A DNA stretch of 64,000 nt, taken from a virus. Taxonomy: Duplodnaviria > Caudoviricetes. Below the pieces are notes generated by a model that saw nothing but the letters and a program-made list of their open reading frames with translations, had not been told where the DNA came from and did not search any database. Below are positions 11,003 to 20,680 of this stretch, piece after piece. The DNA lies in IMG/VR virus record IMGVR_UViG_3300028483_000002, positions 1-64,000 of that record; one strand, given 5' to 3'. The position numbers and the translations under genes are program-made. Each line of letters starts with the position of its first letter. The first letter of the stretch is position 1.

Positions 11003-11348
11003 AACTTTGCAAAGGGATTAATCCCCAAGAAAAGTTTGCATTTTCTCTTTTTGCATTTTCATACCAAGTAGGGCCGGAAATAACCAAGACATCTAAAGTT
11101 GCAATTTGTAACATAATTGATAAAGAAACTTCATCAAAGCATTCAGCAGGAATGTTACTTTGTCTATATGCTTTCAATCTACCAATAGCCTGTAAATCAG
11201 CCATTCTAGGATATTTGATTTTAAATTCCCCCCTAGAAGTTTGAATAGTTTCTGTTACATCTTTTCCCATAACTAACTGATTGAACATACTTGTTTTTTC
11301 AACTTCGTTCAATACTTCTTCTTTTTTTTCGATTTTTTCAAGAACCAT
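10836..11348 (-). CDS. Tail assembly chaperone
   Basis: 170 aa ORF between tube and tape measure. Confidence 0.7.
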   Translation of the reverse strand: MVLEKIEKKEEVLNEVEKTSMFNQLVMGKDVTETIQTSRGEFKIKYPRMADLQAIGRLKAYRQSNIPAECFDEVSLSIMLQIATLDVLVISGPTWYENAKRENANFSWGLIPLQSFVQEVYAKAYEFRLKVQQHLENNGEGIYSDVASVGNVSDDGGPGLFDNISSNKLE

Positions 11349-11371
11349 TTTTTTCTCCTTTTTTCATATTT

Positions 11372-11407
11372 AAAAAAAGGGCTATCTATTTACAGTAGCC
11401 CCCTTTT
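11372..11407 (-). terminator. Intrinsic terminator after tail tube gene
   Basis: GGGGCTACTGTAAATAGATAGCCC followed by T7 on minus strand. Confidence 0.7.
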
Positions 11408-11420
11408 GTTTTTTTATACC

Positions 11421-11957
11421 CTATACTTCTGCATCTGTTTGAGCTTCATAATCTGCACCAGAACTCATATCCAATGCTTCAAAACCTACGTTTCCTTTAA
11501 CGTAAGTTCCACCCTGCATTGTTACAGAGAATGAGTTTGGTACAAGTGTATCGACAGAAGCGATAATTAGTTTTTTCTTTTCATCGTAAAAATCAAGATA
11601 TTTAAACTTAGAAACGACATTACCTTGTTTAAAATCTTCTGATTTAGGATTAAAAGAAGAAATAGAAACTGATCCCCCGCCATTCAATTTTTCAGTACCT
11701 GAATATACTTTAGGACTCGCTAGAAATCCTGTTAGTCTACCAGAAACAGAAATTGCTTGTGGGTCAATTGATGCAGGGAAGATAGAATCTAAAACTTGTG
11801 CTCTTTGAGTTTGGATTTGTTTTGTCATTTCTGCACTATCAACAAATCCAATAACTTTTGCGTCTGCTGCAGATGTTCCAACACGAACTTGGCATCTATA
11901 CCCAATTGTAAAAATTGATGATGCAATACCATGTGTATATTGTGCGATTCCACTCAT
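11421..11957 (-). CDS. Tail tube protein
   Basis: 178 aa beta-rich ORF immediately after sheath. Confidence 0.8.
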   Translation of the reverse strand: MSGIAQYTHGIASSIFTIGYRCQVRVGTSAADAKVIGFVDSAEMTKQIQTQRAQVLDSIFPASIDPQAISVSGRLTGFLASPKVYSGTEKLNGGGSVSISSFNPKSEDFKQGNVVSKFKYLDFYDEKKKLIIASVDTLVPNSFSVTMQGGTYVKGNVGFEALDMSSGADYEAQTDAEV

Positions 11958-11971
11958 TATCTTCCTCCCTT

Positions 11972-13711
11972 TTAAATTTCAACAGTTGAAGTGTAAACGT
12001 GATTTACTGCTGTAATAAATACAAAATTAACCGGAGCTGTTAGATAACGTGAATAAGTAAGATATATCTTATCCCCATCAATTCTGCATTTTATATTCCA
12101 AACATTGTCATTTGAATCATTTGGAACAATATAACCATTCAAAGCCCATTCTTTTGCTCTATCAATCAGTGTTTTTATTGCTTCATTTGTTGAAACTCCT
12201 GAACCACCAATAATAGGAATAAATTGAGCTCTTAAATCACGATTCATAAATAAATCTTCACGAACCATAGAACGTTCATTATTGATTAAGTCATCCCCTT
12301 GGAATGTAGTAACCGAACGAACACAAATATATTCAGCCAAATTCTCTGGATTAGGATTACATACTGTAATACCAGCACGAATTAAAGAAGTTATGTTAGG
12401 AATATCCCGAATTTTTCCAAACGAAAGTACATTAAGAGTTTTGAATGTTAATGGCGTTGAAGGCGACATAGCGCTCTCCATAGCTGCTAACATTACTCCT
12501 AACCTAGCACCTGTAATTGTTTCTATTTTTCCAGAAATGGCATTTGTTTTAGTTGCATTGTCAATTACATACGATACTAATTTATTATTCAAACCTTGTG
12601 CTGTATTAATACCATCTGTATCAGCCATACCAATTCCGCCACCAAGGATAGCTGTTCGTTCTTTTCTATTAATAGTAGAACTCATTGATGTACAATGTGA
12701 AGAAATCAAAGACAGAACACTAGCATCTGTAGATGGAGTAGAAATTATCTGAATATCTTCTACTTCAAGGGCTTTCAATGCTTGTTGCCATTGTGTGATG
12801 GTGTAAGAACCAATTGTTCCCCCTGTAAAGTAAATGTAACTCTCTGTATTATCAGGAACTTGTCTTGTTGTTGTTTCAAGAATTTCTAAACCACCAATTA
12901 ACGACATCTTGTTCAAAGCATTAATGAATGCATCAAAGTTAGCATAAAGTTGTAAACCATTGTCAATATCAATAGGTGAATTAGTAATTGTATCAAGTTT
13001 ATATGATGATAAATCAACATCATCTGCAATTGCTTGATATGAATTAGAGTTATTGATAGCTGATACAAGAGAATCCAATGTGTCAAAATCTTCAAAACTT
13101 AAAGTTAATTCATCAATAGCAGTTGGCTCACTTCCTTCTTCTGGAATTGATTCAGCAACAAAAGAAATAGAATTATTGTTGATAGTAACAGTTGCATTCT
13201 GTCCTTCACCATAGTAAACAACATTCATTGCTTTTTTTACAATGTTATCTACTTCTTCTTGAATTTCTTTGTACACTAAATTAATTTTTTTTGAATTTTG
13301 TGCTGTTCCATCACTAATCATAATTTTTAGTTGATTAGTGTGAACTCCGTAATCCCAAGATTTAATTTCAATTGTTGGAATACTTCCACTTTGCAATGTT
13401 ACTGATGATTGTGTACCATCATTTACACGCATCGCAAAAACTCTCTGTGGAATATAAACATTTGAAGCTGTAAAAGCATCCCCTATAGCGTCCAAAAGTT
13501 CTCCACCTACAAGAGCCTCTTGTGCAGATGCAACACCATCGAATTCTAACAATTCAAAAGGTTTTCCACCGTTTGATTTACCAAGAATTACCATATTGCC
13601 TGCTGAAACACCACTAGGGCTAGATGTATTATAACTTCTTGAATAAGACCCTGGCACCCAATGTTCTGTTCTTTGGCCACCACTCTCAAAAATTGCTGGA
13701 CCTACACCCAT
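11972..13711 (-). CDS. Tail sheath protein (SPO1/Twort-like length)
   Basis: 579 aa; N-terminal HWVPGSYSR, C-terminal sheath motifs (VRSVTTF..NERSMVRE). Confidence 0.92.
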   Translation of the reverse strand: MGVGPAIFESGGQRTEHWVPGSYSRSYNTSSPSGVSAGNMVILGKSNGGKPFELLEFDGVASAQEALVGGELLDAIGDAFTASNVYIPQRVFAMRVNDGTQSSVTLQSGSIPTIEIKSWDYGVHTNQLKIMISDGTAQNSKKINLVYKEIQEEVDNIVKKAMNVVYYGEGQNATVTINNNSISFVAESIPEEGSEPTAIDELTLSFEDFDTLDSLVSAINNSNSYQAIADDVDLSSYKLDTITNSPIDIDNGLQLYANFDAFINALNKMSLIGGLEILETTTRQVPDNTESYIYFTGGTIGSYTITQWQQALKALEVEDIQIISTPSTDASVLSLISSHCTSMSSTINRKERTAILGGGIGMADTDGINTAQGLNNKLVSYVIDNATKTNAISGKIETITGARLGVMLAAMESAMSPSTPLTFKTLNVLSFGKIRDIPNITSLIRAGITVCNPNPENLAEYICVRSVTTFQGDDLINNERSMVREDLFMNRDLRAQFIPIIGGSGVSTNEAIKTLIDRAKEWALNGYIVPNDSNDNVWNIKCRIDGDKIYLTYSRYLTAPVNFVFITAVNHVYTSTVEI

Positions 13712-13735
13712 TTTTTCTCCCTCCCATTATTTTAT

Positions 13736-13951
13736 TTATCTAATGTTTGTTTTCATTAAGTCAGAAACAGTTTGATCCCATTGTGTTTTTGTTTGAATTT
13801 TTTTTGGATATAACTGTTTTAATAAGTTTGAAATATAAATATCTTTTGGATATAACTGTAGATATTTATACACACCCATCTTTCTGTTATCATTCGCAAC
13901 AGTCATTACACCTACCGTTGGAACATTCTCAGATTTAATTTTCTTTGACAT
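13736..13951 (-). CDS. Small tail-region protein
   Basis: GGGAGG RBS then ATG 13951 (MSKKIK..); small ORF before sheath. Confidence 0.6.
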   Translation of the reverse strand: MSKKIKSENVPTVGVMTVANDNRKMGVYKYLQLYPKDIYISNLLKQLYPKKIQTKTQWDQTVSDLMKTNIR

Positions 13952-14762
13952 GATTGATAACCTCCCATACAATTTCTCTGTTTATATTGTTTATTTCAGT
14001 ATCTAAAATAATTTGTGAAACATTATAATCCACCTCAAAAGTAATATGTGATCCAGATAAAAGAACATCAAAATCAAAATTGTAATTACTACTTCTTTCA
14101 CCCTGTACATTTTGCCCAAAAATAGATGGTGTAAACATTTTATATTTTTCATGTAAAATTCTGTCCAAAGAACAAGTAAACATTAAACTTAAATGTTCAT
14201 ACAATTCATCTTTTAACTGATCGTTCTCACACCATATTTCAACAGAAACTTTATCCCTTTTTCTTGTATCAATTTTTAAACCATAAACACCACCAATCTC
14301 ATCTCCAACAGTTCTGCTATCTGCCAATTGTTTTAATTCATCTATCCGTTCTTTGTCGTATATCAATACATAACCGGGAATATTTTCTTTTAATGGTTGC
14401 CCATTTCTATCGGTTAAAACTTCAACAACTCCACTTTCGTTTATGTACGTTCTATCTCTTGTTGTTTCAGAAAAAATTTCATCAAAATCTTGACTTGTCA
14501 ATTTGACAACACTATTTGTTTCAAACATTTCTTGCATTTCAGGAACTTTACCGTCTGACTGAGATGTTATTACAATAGATGGAAATGTATCACCTGCCCT
14601 TGTGTTATCTTCTAATATCATGTGCGCAAAAGGATGTTCATTCGTAACATGGAAATGAAAGTTGTCATATACAGATTCAAGATGCAACCTTTCTATATAT
14701 GTTCTAGTTACATCTACTAGAGCCTGTTCCACAACAAAACCAAAATTAAGATAATAAATCAT
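13935..14762 (-). CDS. Neck/tail terminator-like protein
   Basis: 275 aa; DTFPSIVIT motif; position before sheath. Confidence 0.6.
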   Translation of the reverse strand: MIYYLNFGFVVEQALVDVTRTYIERLHLESVYDNFHFHVTNEHPFAHMILEDNTRAGDTFPSIVITSQSDGKVPEMQEMFETNSVVKLTSQDFDEIFSETTRDRTYINESGVVEVLTDRNGQPLKENIPGYVLIYDKERIDELKQLADSRTVGDEIGGVYGLKIDTRKRDKVSVEIWCENDQLKDELYEHLSLMFTCSLDRILHEKYKMFTPSIFGQNVQGERSSNYNFDFDVLLSGSHITFEVDYNVSQIILDTEINNINREIVWEVINHVKEN

Positions 14763-14785
14763 CCTTAAAACTCCCCGAAAAAAAA

Positions 14786-14903
14786 CAAAAAAAAGGCAGC
14801 TAAAAACTTAATCTTTATTTAGATTAAATTTCTAGCTGCCCTTTTTAGACACACTAATAAAAATGTACAATAATATAATAATTTATTTATCAACTGTTGT
14901 CAA
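14786..14903 (-). promoter_or_regulatory. Late leader L2: promoter + TGTGT motif + GCAG-stem terminator
   Basis: TTGACA(14903-14898)-17-TATTAT(14880-14875); AGTGTGTCTAAAAAGGGCAGCTAG..TAGCTGCC-T8. Confidence 0.8.
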
Positions 14904-14906
14904 TGT

Positions 14907-15758
14907 TTACATATTTCTATACATTTCTTCATCTTGTTTCAAGCCTAAAGAAATTAAACTATCAATATCTGATTTAACAGCATTAGTCAATGCTCCAATA
15001 ACATCAATAGAAGGTTTTGCAGGTTTTTTATAAATCCAACTTCCTTCTGGAGATTTTGCAGAAATAATTCTAAATGTAAAATATGTACTACCCGTAACAT
15101 CTTTCATTCTAACCATTCCAACACTTCTATCATTCCACGCATTATCTTCTGTTAGCCTTCCTTTCTTAGCCCAATCATAACCTTGTCTTTCGACATCTAA
15201 ACCTTTATAGTTTTTTTCACTATATTTTTTGAATACGTTTACATAAGATAAATTTAATCCTTTTACAGCAGAATTATATGCTTTTTGTGGAATAAAATTG
15301 TTAAAATGAGCCCTTTTTGTGTTTTTATCGTTAGGTGTTCCCCACCTAAAAGGTATAATCAAATATGGAACACCTTTTTTACTTACCCTTGATTTATTAC
15401 CATAAGGATGAGTTTGTTTCATGTCATATTCAACAGCCTTAGAACCTTTTATTTTAGATTCTAATTGCATATTATTTGATCCAACAGAATAATGAAAACT
15501 ACCTTTTTTTTCTAATCTTAATGATTGCACAATTCTACTTGTTACACCGTCTAAATATGGAATTCCCGGTAATTCTTCCGTACCTTTTAAATAATTAGAA
15601 AATCTTTGATAAACATATCTTCCTGCCATCTCAAAAGCATTAGCTGTATTTGGCAATGCAGCTTCTGGAGAGTTCTTAAAAGAGTTTTCGAATTCATTTA
15701 CAAATTCTTTTAATTCTGATAAATCATAATCAATTTTTATTTGTGTCATTCCCCTCAC
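14907..15758 (-). CDS. Neck / tail completion protein
   Basis: 283 aa; KKGVPYLIIPFR and YFTFRIISAKSPEGSWI motifs; synteny. Confidence 0.6.
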   Translation of the reverse strand: MRGMTQIKIDYDLSELKEFVNEFENSFKNSPEAALPNTANAFEMAGRYVYQRFSNYLKGTEELPGIPYLDGVTSRIVQSLRLEKKGSFHYSVGSNNMQLESKIKGSKAVEYDMKQTHPYGNKSRVSKKGVPYLIIPFRWGTPNDKNTKRAHFNNFIPQKAYNSAVKGLNLSYVNVFKKYSEKNYKGLDVERQGYDWAKKGRLTEDNAWNDRSVGMVRMKDVTGSTYFTFRIISAKSPEGSWIYKKPAKPSIDVIGALTNAVKSDIDSLISLGLKQDEEMYRNM

Positions 15759-15761
15759 CCT

Positions 15762-17000
15762 TTAAAAACTACCATCAACACCTTTTCTCGTAATTGTATT
15801 GTTTTTTTGTACATTTATATTCGTTTTTTCTGCATAAGCATTAAATAGTTTTAACACTACTTTTTTGGGAAATCGTTGATCTTCTGATGTTCTTAATTGT
15901 GGAATTTGTTTTGTTGCTCTATAAGTTGGCAGAACATGATATGTAATTGAATATGATTCACCAAACATAGGAGCATTTTCAGAAGTTGATAACCATTTTA
16001 TTTTATTAGTATCTACTAAAACAAAATCCTTTCCTTCAATATATTCAACTTCTTCGCCATCAACAATACCTTTGCATGAAACAACATCGTACACAAAATA
16101 AACACCTAAAGTATCTGTATCAATTTTAGTTCTAGATATAACTTCTTTATTAGTATAAGTGCCTGTCAAAACTGTTAGAATATCATCATTTGCAACATCA
16201 CACCCATAAGGGAACGAACAAATTGCATCTCCATTTACTTCTTCAACTGCTTTTGCATCAGTTTTGCTAAAGTTCTGACTTAAAACGACAAAAGTAAAAG
16301 GTTTTAAATATTCAACATTTTCAACGGTAATTGGTTCTGTAATCGGAATTTCTTCTTGTGTTTCTTCGTTTTTTGTTGGTTCAATTAAAAACTTATTTAA
16401 TCTAAACTCTTTTGCAATATATTCTATTCCTGCTCCATCAATAATTTTCCCAATACTAATAATATCACTTGGAACAGAATAATAAACTCCATCAATATTA
16501 GACTTGCTGTTTTCTAGCCCTGGAACCGTATAATATGTACTTTGATTATTTTTTTCTGCAACAGCACTATCTAAATGATTAATCAGACTTTCTCTTGTTA
16601 CAACAGTAAAATAAGTGCCTTTTTGGGGAACTTTTTCTACATTAAGATATATAAATGAGCCTAATTTTTCTGCACTGGAGTATCTATTCCCATTCATATC
16701 GTAAACTTCTAATAATTGTCTACCATCACATTCTGCATCTGAAATTTTCAAAAATCCTTCTTCATCATTCAACATTACTGTTTGATAAGTAATCATTGTT
16801 TTTTGGAAAGTGTAATTATAGCCCCTTCCACCACAAATTTTGCAATGAATATCAGGTTGCATAGTAATAGGTTTTACACATGAACATTTTTCTGCAACTC
16901 TCCATCTTACAAATTGCCCATGTCTGTCAATTAATGCTTCATAATTGTCTTTTCCAAGAGTTAATAATACTGGTGAATTTTTCCCCAAGCCTTGACCCAT
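15762..17000 (-). CDS. Head-tail connector/stopper-like protein
   Basis: 412 aa; CSC..CKICGGRG zinc motif near N-terminus; neck synteny. Confidence 0.6.
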   Translation of the reverse strand: MGQGLGKNSPVLLTLGKDNYEALIDRHGQFVRWRVAEKCSCVKPITMQPDIHCKICGGRGYNYTFQKTMITYQTVMLNDEEGFLKISDAECDGRQLLEVYDMNGNRYSSAEKLGSFIYLNVEKVPQKGTYFTVVTRESLINHLDSAVAEKNNQSTYYTVPGLENSKSNIDGVYYSVPSDIISIGKIIDGAGIEYIAKEFRLNKFLIEPTKNEETQEEIPITEPITVENVEYLKPFTFVVLSQNFSKTDAKAVEEVNGDAICSFPYGCDVANDDILTVLTGTYTNKEVISRTKIDTDTLGVYFVYDVVSCKGIVDGEEVEYIEGKDFVLVDTNKIKWLSTSENAPMFGESYSITYHVLPTYRATKQIPQLRTSEDQRFPKKVVLKLFNAYAEKTNINVQKNNTITRKGVDGSF

Positions 17001-17010
17001 AATTTCACTC

Positions 17011-17628
17011 CTATTGATAAACGCTTGAATCAGAATATATTTGATGATATTTTTTTACATCAAATAAACTTTTAAAACTAAATTTTCCCAATCTTATATT
17101 TTTAGCAGAGTAATATCCAATCAATGGAGGGCACCATGTTACAAGATCACTCCAATGTGCATATTGTTCAATTTTATTAAAACATCTTTTTGCTTTTATT
17201 TTGGTAAATAAACCAAACAAAGGCTTTGGACTTCCAAATGTAATCAAATCTATCTTTTTACCTGTTGCCTCAAATATTTCAATCCCACAAATTTGAGCAA
17301 TAGCCCCGCCAAAACTATACCCGCAAATTTGAACTTTATAATTCGGATAGTAATACATACAATTCAAAATAGAATGTAAGACAATACCTTTTGCACTCTC
17401 CCAACTAATCCACCACCCTTTAGAAAACCAATATGGGCAACCGCCTATTATTACTGGTAAAAACATAAAAACAAAATTTAAAATCCAATCTGTTTTTTGC
17501 CTAGATTCTTGGAACATTACTCTTATAACTTGTTCTTCATCAACAACTTCAATCTTCCAATCTAAATCTTTACCATTGTGATTATAATGAATAGCTCTTA
17601 AATGATTAAACAATTCGTACGGCAACAT
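17011..17628 (-). CDS. Class 3 lipase-like alpha/beta hydrolase
   Basis: VQICGYSFGGAIA nucleophile elbow (GxSxG), ITFGSPK, DLVTWCPP motifs. Confidence 0.85.
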   Translation of the reverse strand: MLPYELFNHLRAIHYNHNGKDLDWKIEVVDEEQVIRVMFQESRQKTDWILNFVFMFLPVIIGGCPYWFSKGWWISWESAKGIVLHSILNCMYYYPNYKVQICGYSFGGAIAQICGIEIFEATGKKIDLITFGSPKPLFGLFTKIKAKRCFNKIEQYAHWSDLVTWCPPLIGYYSAKNIRLGKFSFKSLFDVKKYHQIYSDSSVYQ

Positions 17629-17737
17629 TCTTTCACTCTCCTTTTATAAAAAAAACGGTTTTTTTTAATTGGACCGTAAACCAATTTTATTTTAACAGAA
17701 AGCTGAAAAAAACTAAAAAAAAGACTTTCTGCAAAAA

Positions 17738-18877
17738 TTATAAACATCCCACCCGATAAAATCCAAAACGATATTTATTTTTTTCGATATATTCTTGAAC
17801 TTCTTTTTGATAGACAGCAATTCTCGCACCAAAATAAGCAGATGTAGCAGATTGTGTTGAACTAAACGATTCAGAAACTCCATCCATACTTAAACTAGAA
17901 CTAGAGAATCCCGACATTAAACCATCACCAATAATATTCAATAATGAAATAGCAGCAACCTTACCAATTATCTGTCTTAAATCCATAGGTATATCATCAC
18001 TTGTTTCAAAACCTGCTGAATAATCTATTGCATAAAATAGATGTTGATTCCATGTTTCAGAACCATATCTACTTATTGCCTGAGAAATTCCTAACCATGT
18101 ATCACTAGGCTTGTATGGCCTATTCATAAATTTAATAATTCCATTGGGCTTATCTAAAACAACAGAATCCATTAAATCTTTATCATCATCTCTACCACGA
18201 TTTAATAAAGTACATCTTGTTACTTTTAAGATTGGTCTTTTTTTTGTTTGTATCATTCCATATCTTTGGATTTTTCTAAAAGTAAAATCATACAATGTTT
18301 CTTCTACATCATAATCTTTCCCTTTTTCGAGTTTATACTGATTAACACTTGCTTCTGATTTTATATTTTCTTTAATAATTGTAATATTTAATAATCTTTC
18401 AACTTCTCTTGTAGCAGCTTCAATAAACCAAGAAATCTGTTCATCACTAAAGAATTCCCCGTTTGTTGCCTTAAAATCCGTTCCCCAAAGATATGTATAT
18501 CTACAATCATCAGGTGTTACTGCTGTTCCCCAACAACCTTCTGGCACAACATAATTCTTAAATGAATAACCTATTGCAGATGGAATTCCAAATTTTACCC
18601 AACACGAAAATTGATAATCTTTATATTCCGGATTTTCAATATCACTGGCCACAATTCTATATTCATACAAACCATCTTCCAACCCAAAAGAATCGACAAA
18701 ATCGCCTGCTGTTAATGCAAGCGGCTCTGTTGTTTCTTCTGTTGGATCGGCAAATCCGTTTTCAGTCCAAATAAGCCATTTTTTATTTTTATAAAATGCT
18801 CTTTCTAAATAATAAGGTTTTGCACTATTTATAGAAACGAGAATTTTAGTTTTTGTACTTTCAACGGATATTGCCAT
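17738..18877 (-). CDS. Head-tail adaptor protein
   Basis: 379 aa; C-terminal IGDGLMSGFSSSSLSMDGVSESFSSTQSATSAYFGARI motif of SPO1/Twort-type adaptors. Confidence 0.75.
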   Translation of the reverse strand: MAISVESTKTKILVSINSAKPYYLERAFYKNKKWLIWTENGFADPTEETTEPLALTAGDFVDSFGLEDGLYEYRIVASDIENPEYKDYQFSCWVKFGIPSAIGYSFKNYVVPEGCWGTAVTPDDCRYTYLWGTDFKATNGEFFSDEQISWFIEAATREVERLLNITIIKENIKSEASVNQYKLEKGKDYDVEETLYDFTFRKIQRYGMIQTKKRPILKVTRCTLLNRGRDDDKDLMDSVVLDKPNGIIKFMNRPYKPSDTWLGISQAISRYGSETWNQHLFYAIDYSAGFETSDDIPMDLRQIIGKVAAISLLNIIGDGLMSGFSSSSLSMDGVSESFSSTQSATSAYFGARIAVYQKEVQEYIEKNKYRFGFYRVGCL

Positions 18878-18888
18878 CTTTATTTTCC

Positions 18889-19194
18889 TTATTTTTTAAG
18901 ACTGTAACCTGGTATAGTTAAAAGTCTTTTTGCTTCAACTTCTGTAACTTCACACAATCCTTTATCATTAAAAGTAATAGTTCTAGTTGGTAAAACTACA
19001 GATTTGTTAATAAGAGATTTGTTGAAAACTAATACATTTCCACTTCCATTTTTAACAGAAGTGTTTTCTTGTTGTTCATCAGTTTCCACAACTTCTTCTG
19101 TTGTTTCAACTATAATTCCTAATTCCTCTACTGTTTCATTTTTTTCAACAGTAGAGGTTGTGTTTGCATTTGCTGATCTAGCCATATAACACAA
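18889..19194 (-). CDS. Small virion-region protein
   Basis: 101 aa after capsid gene, ends RLLTIPGYSLKK. Confidence 0.55.
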   Translation of the reverse strand: MCYMARSANANTTSTVEKNETVEELGIIVETTEEVVETDEQQENTSVKNGSGNVLVFNKSLINKSVVLPTRTITFNDKGLCEVTEVEAKRLLTIPGYSLKK

Positions 19195-19215
19195 CCTCCA
19201 TTTTTTTTATTTTGT

Positions 19216-20667
19216 CTAGTAAAGACCACCGTTGTAACCAACGTTTTTAATCAAAGCACAATATTCAGGAGCACGAACTTCGAGCATACCATAAAGAGCA
19301 ACTACACCACGATGAGCAAGACTTGAATCTGTTGGTAAATCAAAGTTACTCATACCCATAAGCTGACCGAATGATACGTTAGGTTCCATTTCATCTGTAT
19401 ATGGTGTAACAAGTACAATTGATGCTGTTCCTGGTAAATCTTTGTTCAAATCAACATAAGTTGTTGCACCTTGTGGTGTTTTTGGAATTCTTACCATTTC
19501 CATTAATTGTGTTCCATTGGCATTAGAACGAGTAATAATAAAGCCTGTCGCAGCAGCTCCGTTAGAATCAGGTGTAATTGTCAATGTAACTTTTTCGCCA
19601 CTTGCAACTGCAATTGGAGCAGAAACAACTGTTGCAGCTGAAATACCATAAGAGTTAATTGCGTGTACTGCGTATGTATAATTCCCTGCATAAGCTGTTG
19701 TAAATTGAGATGCAGAATCTGCTGCAGCAACTCCAGCAATTGCTGTTGGAGCATTAGGACGTTTTGTTGCATCACCAGCTGCATAAACAGGGCCTTTTAC
19801 TTTAAACATTTTGTCAGCACCACAATCATCTGTAATTCTGATTGTTGAGCTTACAGCTGTTACAATATTTGGTAATTTTTCAAATGTGAAACGAGTATCT
19901 TGTGTTGTAAAACGCAATCTATTGCTATACATTGTTTTGAACTGACTAGCCAAAATTGGTGGGAAATATGCTTCTTCCAAATCTCCACCTTTGTTGTATA
20001 CTTGTTCTGCAATTGTATCAAACAATGCTTCACCTGCATCAATAGCAACTCCATCAATAGTGTCAGATTCACCAATTTCCAAACCACGAATATCAACAAC
20101 TGTCGAACGAAGTCTTTCAGGTTTTGAAGTATCATTTGCTGCATCAGAAATAATTTTTTCAAAACCATCGTATTGTTTTGGAGAAACCGAGCTATCACCA
20201 TGGAAAATACAACGTTCTGTACCTTTTGTAACACGCATAACAGCAGATACTTTTTGAGCGTTAATTGGATTTTCAGCATTGTCTGTCAATGTCAATGGAT
20301 GTGAAACTTCCCATTTGCTTGACATGTATTTAGTTTCGTAAATCTTACGACTGAACTGTGGATCGCCTTCTGTTGCTTGTTCACCTTCGCCTACAAACAA
20401 GAATTCGTCTGAACCCACATCTGTTTGACGGTTTACTTGGTGTACTGTAGAACTTACAGGTTGTTTGTGTAATTTATGGAAAACTTTACAGTCTTTTTGT
20501 TTTACATCAAGAACAGTTACAAGAGTCGCTTCCAAATCTTCTCTTTGTAATGCACGACCTTGTGTATAGTTAGCTGCATTTGTTCCATAACCAGCATTAA
20601 GAGCTTTTTCAAGCTCATCATTTTGAGATGTTGTAACAAAATCTTCTTGTTCAAAAATATCTCCCAT
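19216..20667 (-). CDS. Major capsid protein
   Basis: 483 aa; ELEK-ALNAGYGT..GRALQREDLEATL N-terminus resembling SPO1/Twort-type capsids; C-terminal VALYGMLEVRAPEYCALIKNV. Confidence 0.93.
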   Translation of the reverse strand: MGDIFEQEDFVTTSQNDELEKALNAGYGTNAANYTQGRALQREDLEATLVTVLDVKQKDCKVFHKLHKQPVSSTVHQVNRQTDVGSDEFLFVGEGEQATEGDPQFSRKIYETKYMSSKWEVSHPLTLTDNAENPINAQKVSAVMRVTKGTERCIFHGDSSVSPKQYDGFEKIISDAANDTSKPERLRSTVVDIRGLEIGESDTIDGVAIDAGEALFDTIAEQVYNKGGDLEEAYFPPILASQFKTMYSNRLRFTTQDTRFTFEKLPNIVTAVSSTIRITDDCGADKMFKVKGPVYAAGDATKRPNAPTAIAGVAAADSASQFTTAYAGNYTYAVHAINSYGISAATVVSAPIAVASGEKVTLTITPDSNGAAATGFIITRSNANGTQLMEMVRIPKTPQGATTYVDLNKDLPGTASIVLVTPYTDEMEPNVSFGQLMGMSNFDLPTDSSLAHRGVVALYGMLEVRAPEYCALIKNVGYNGGLY

Positions 20668-20680
20668 TTTTCTCTCCTCC

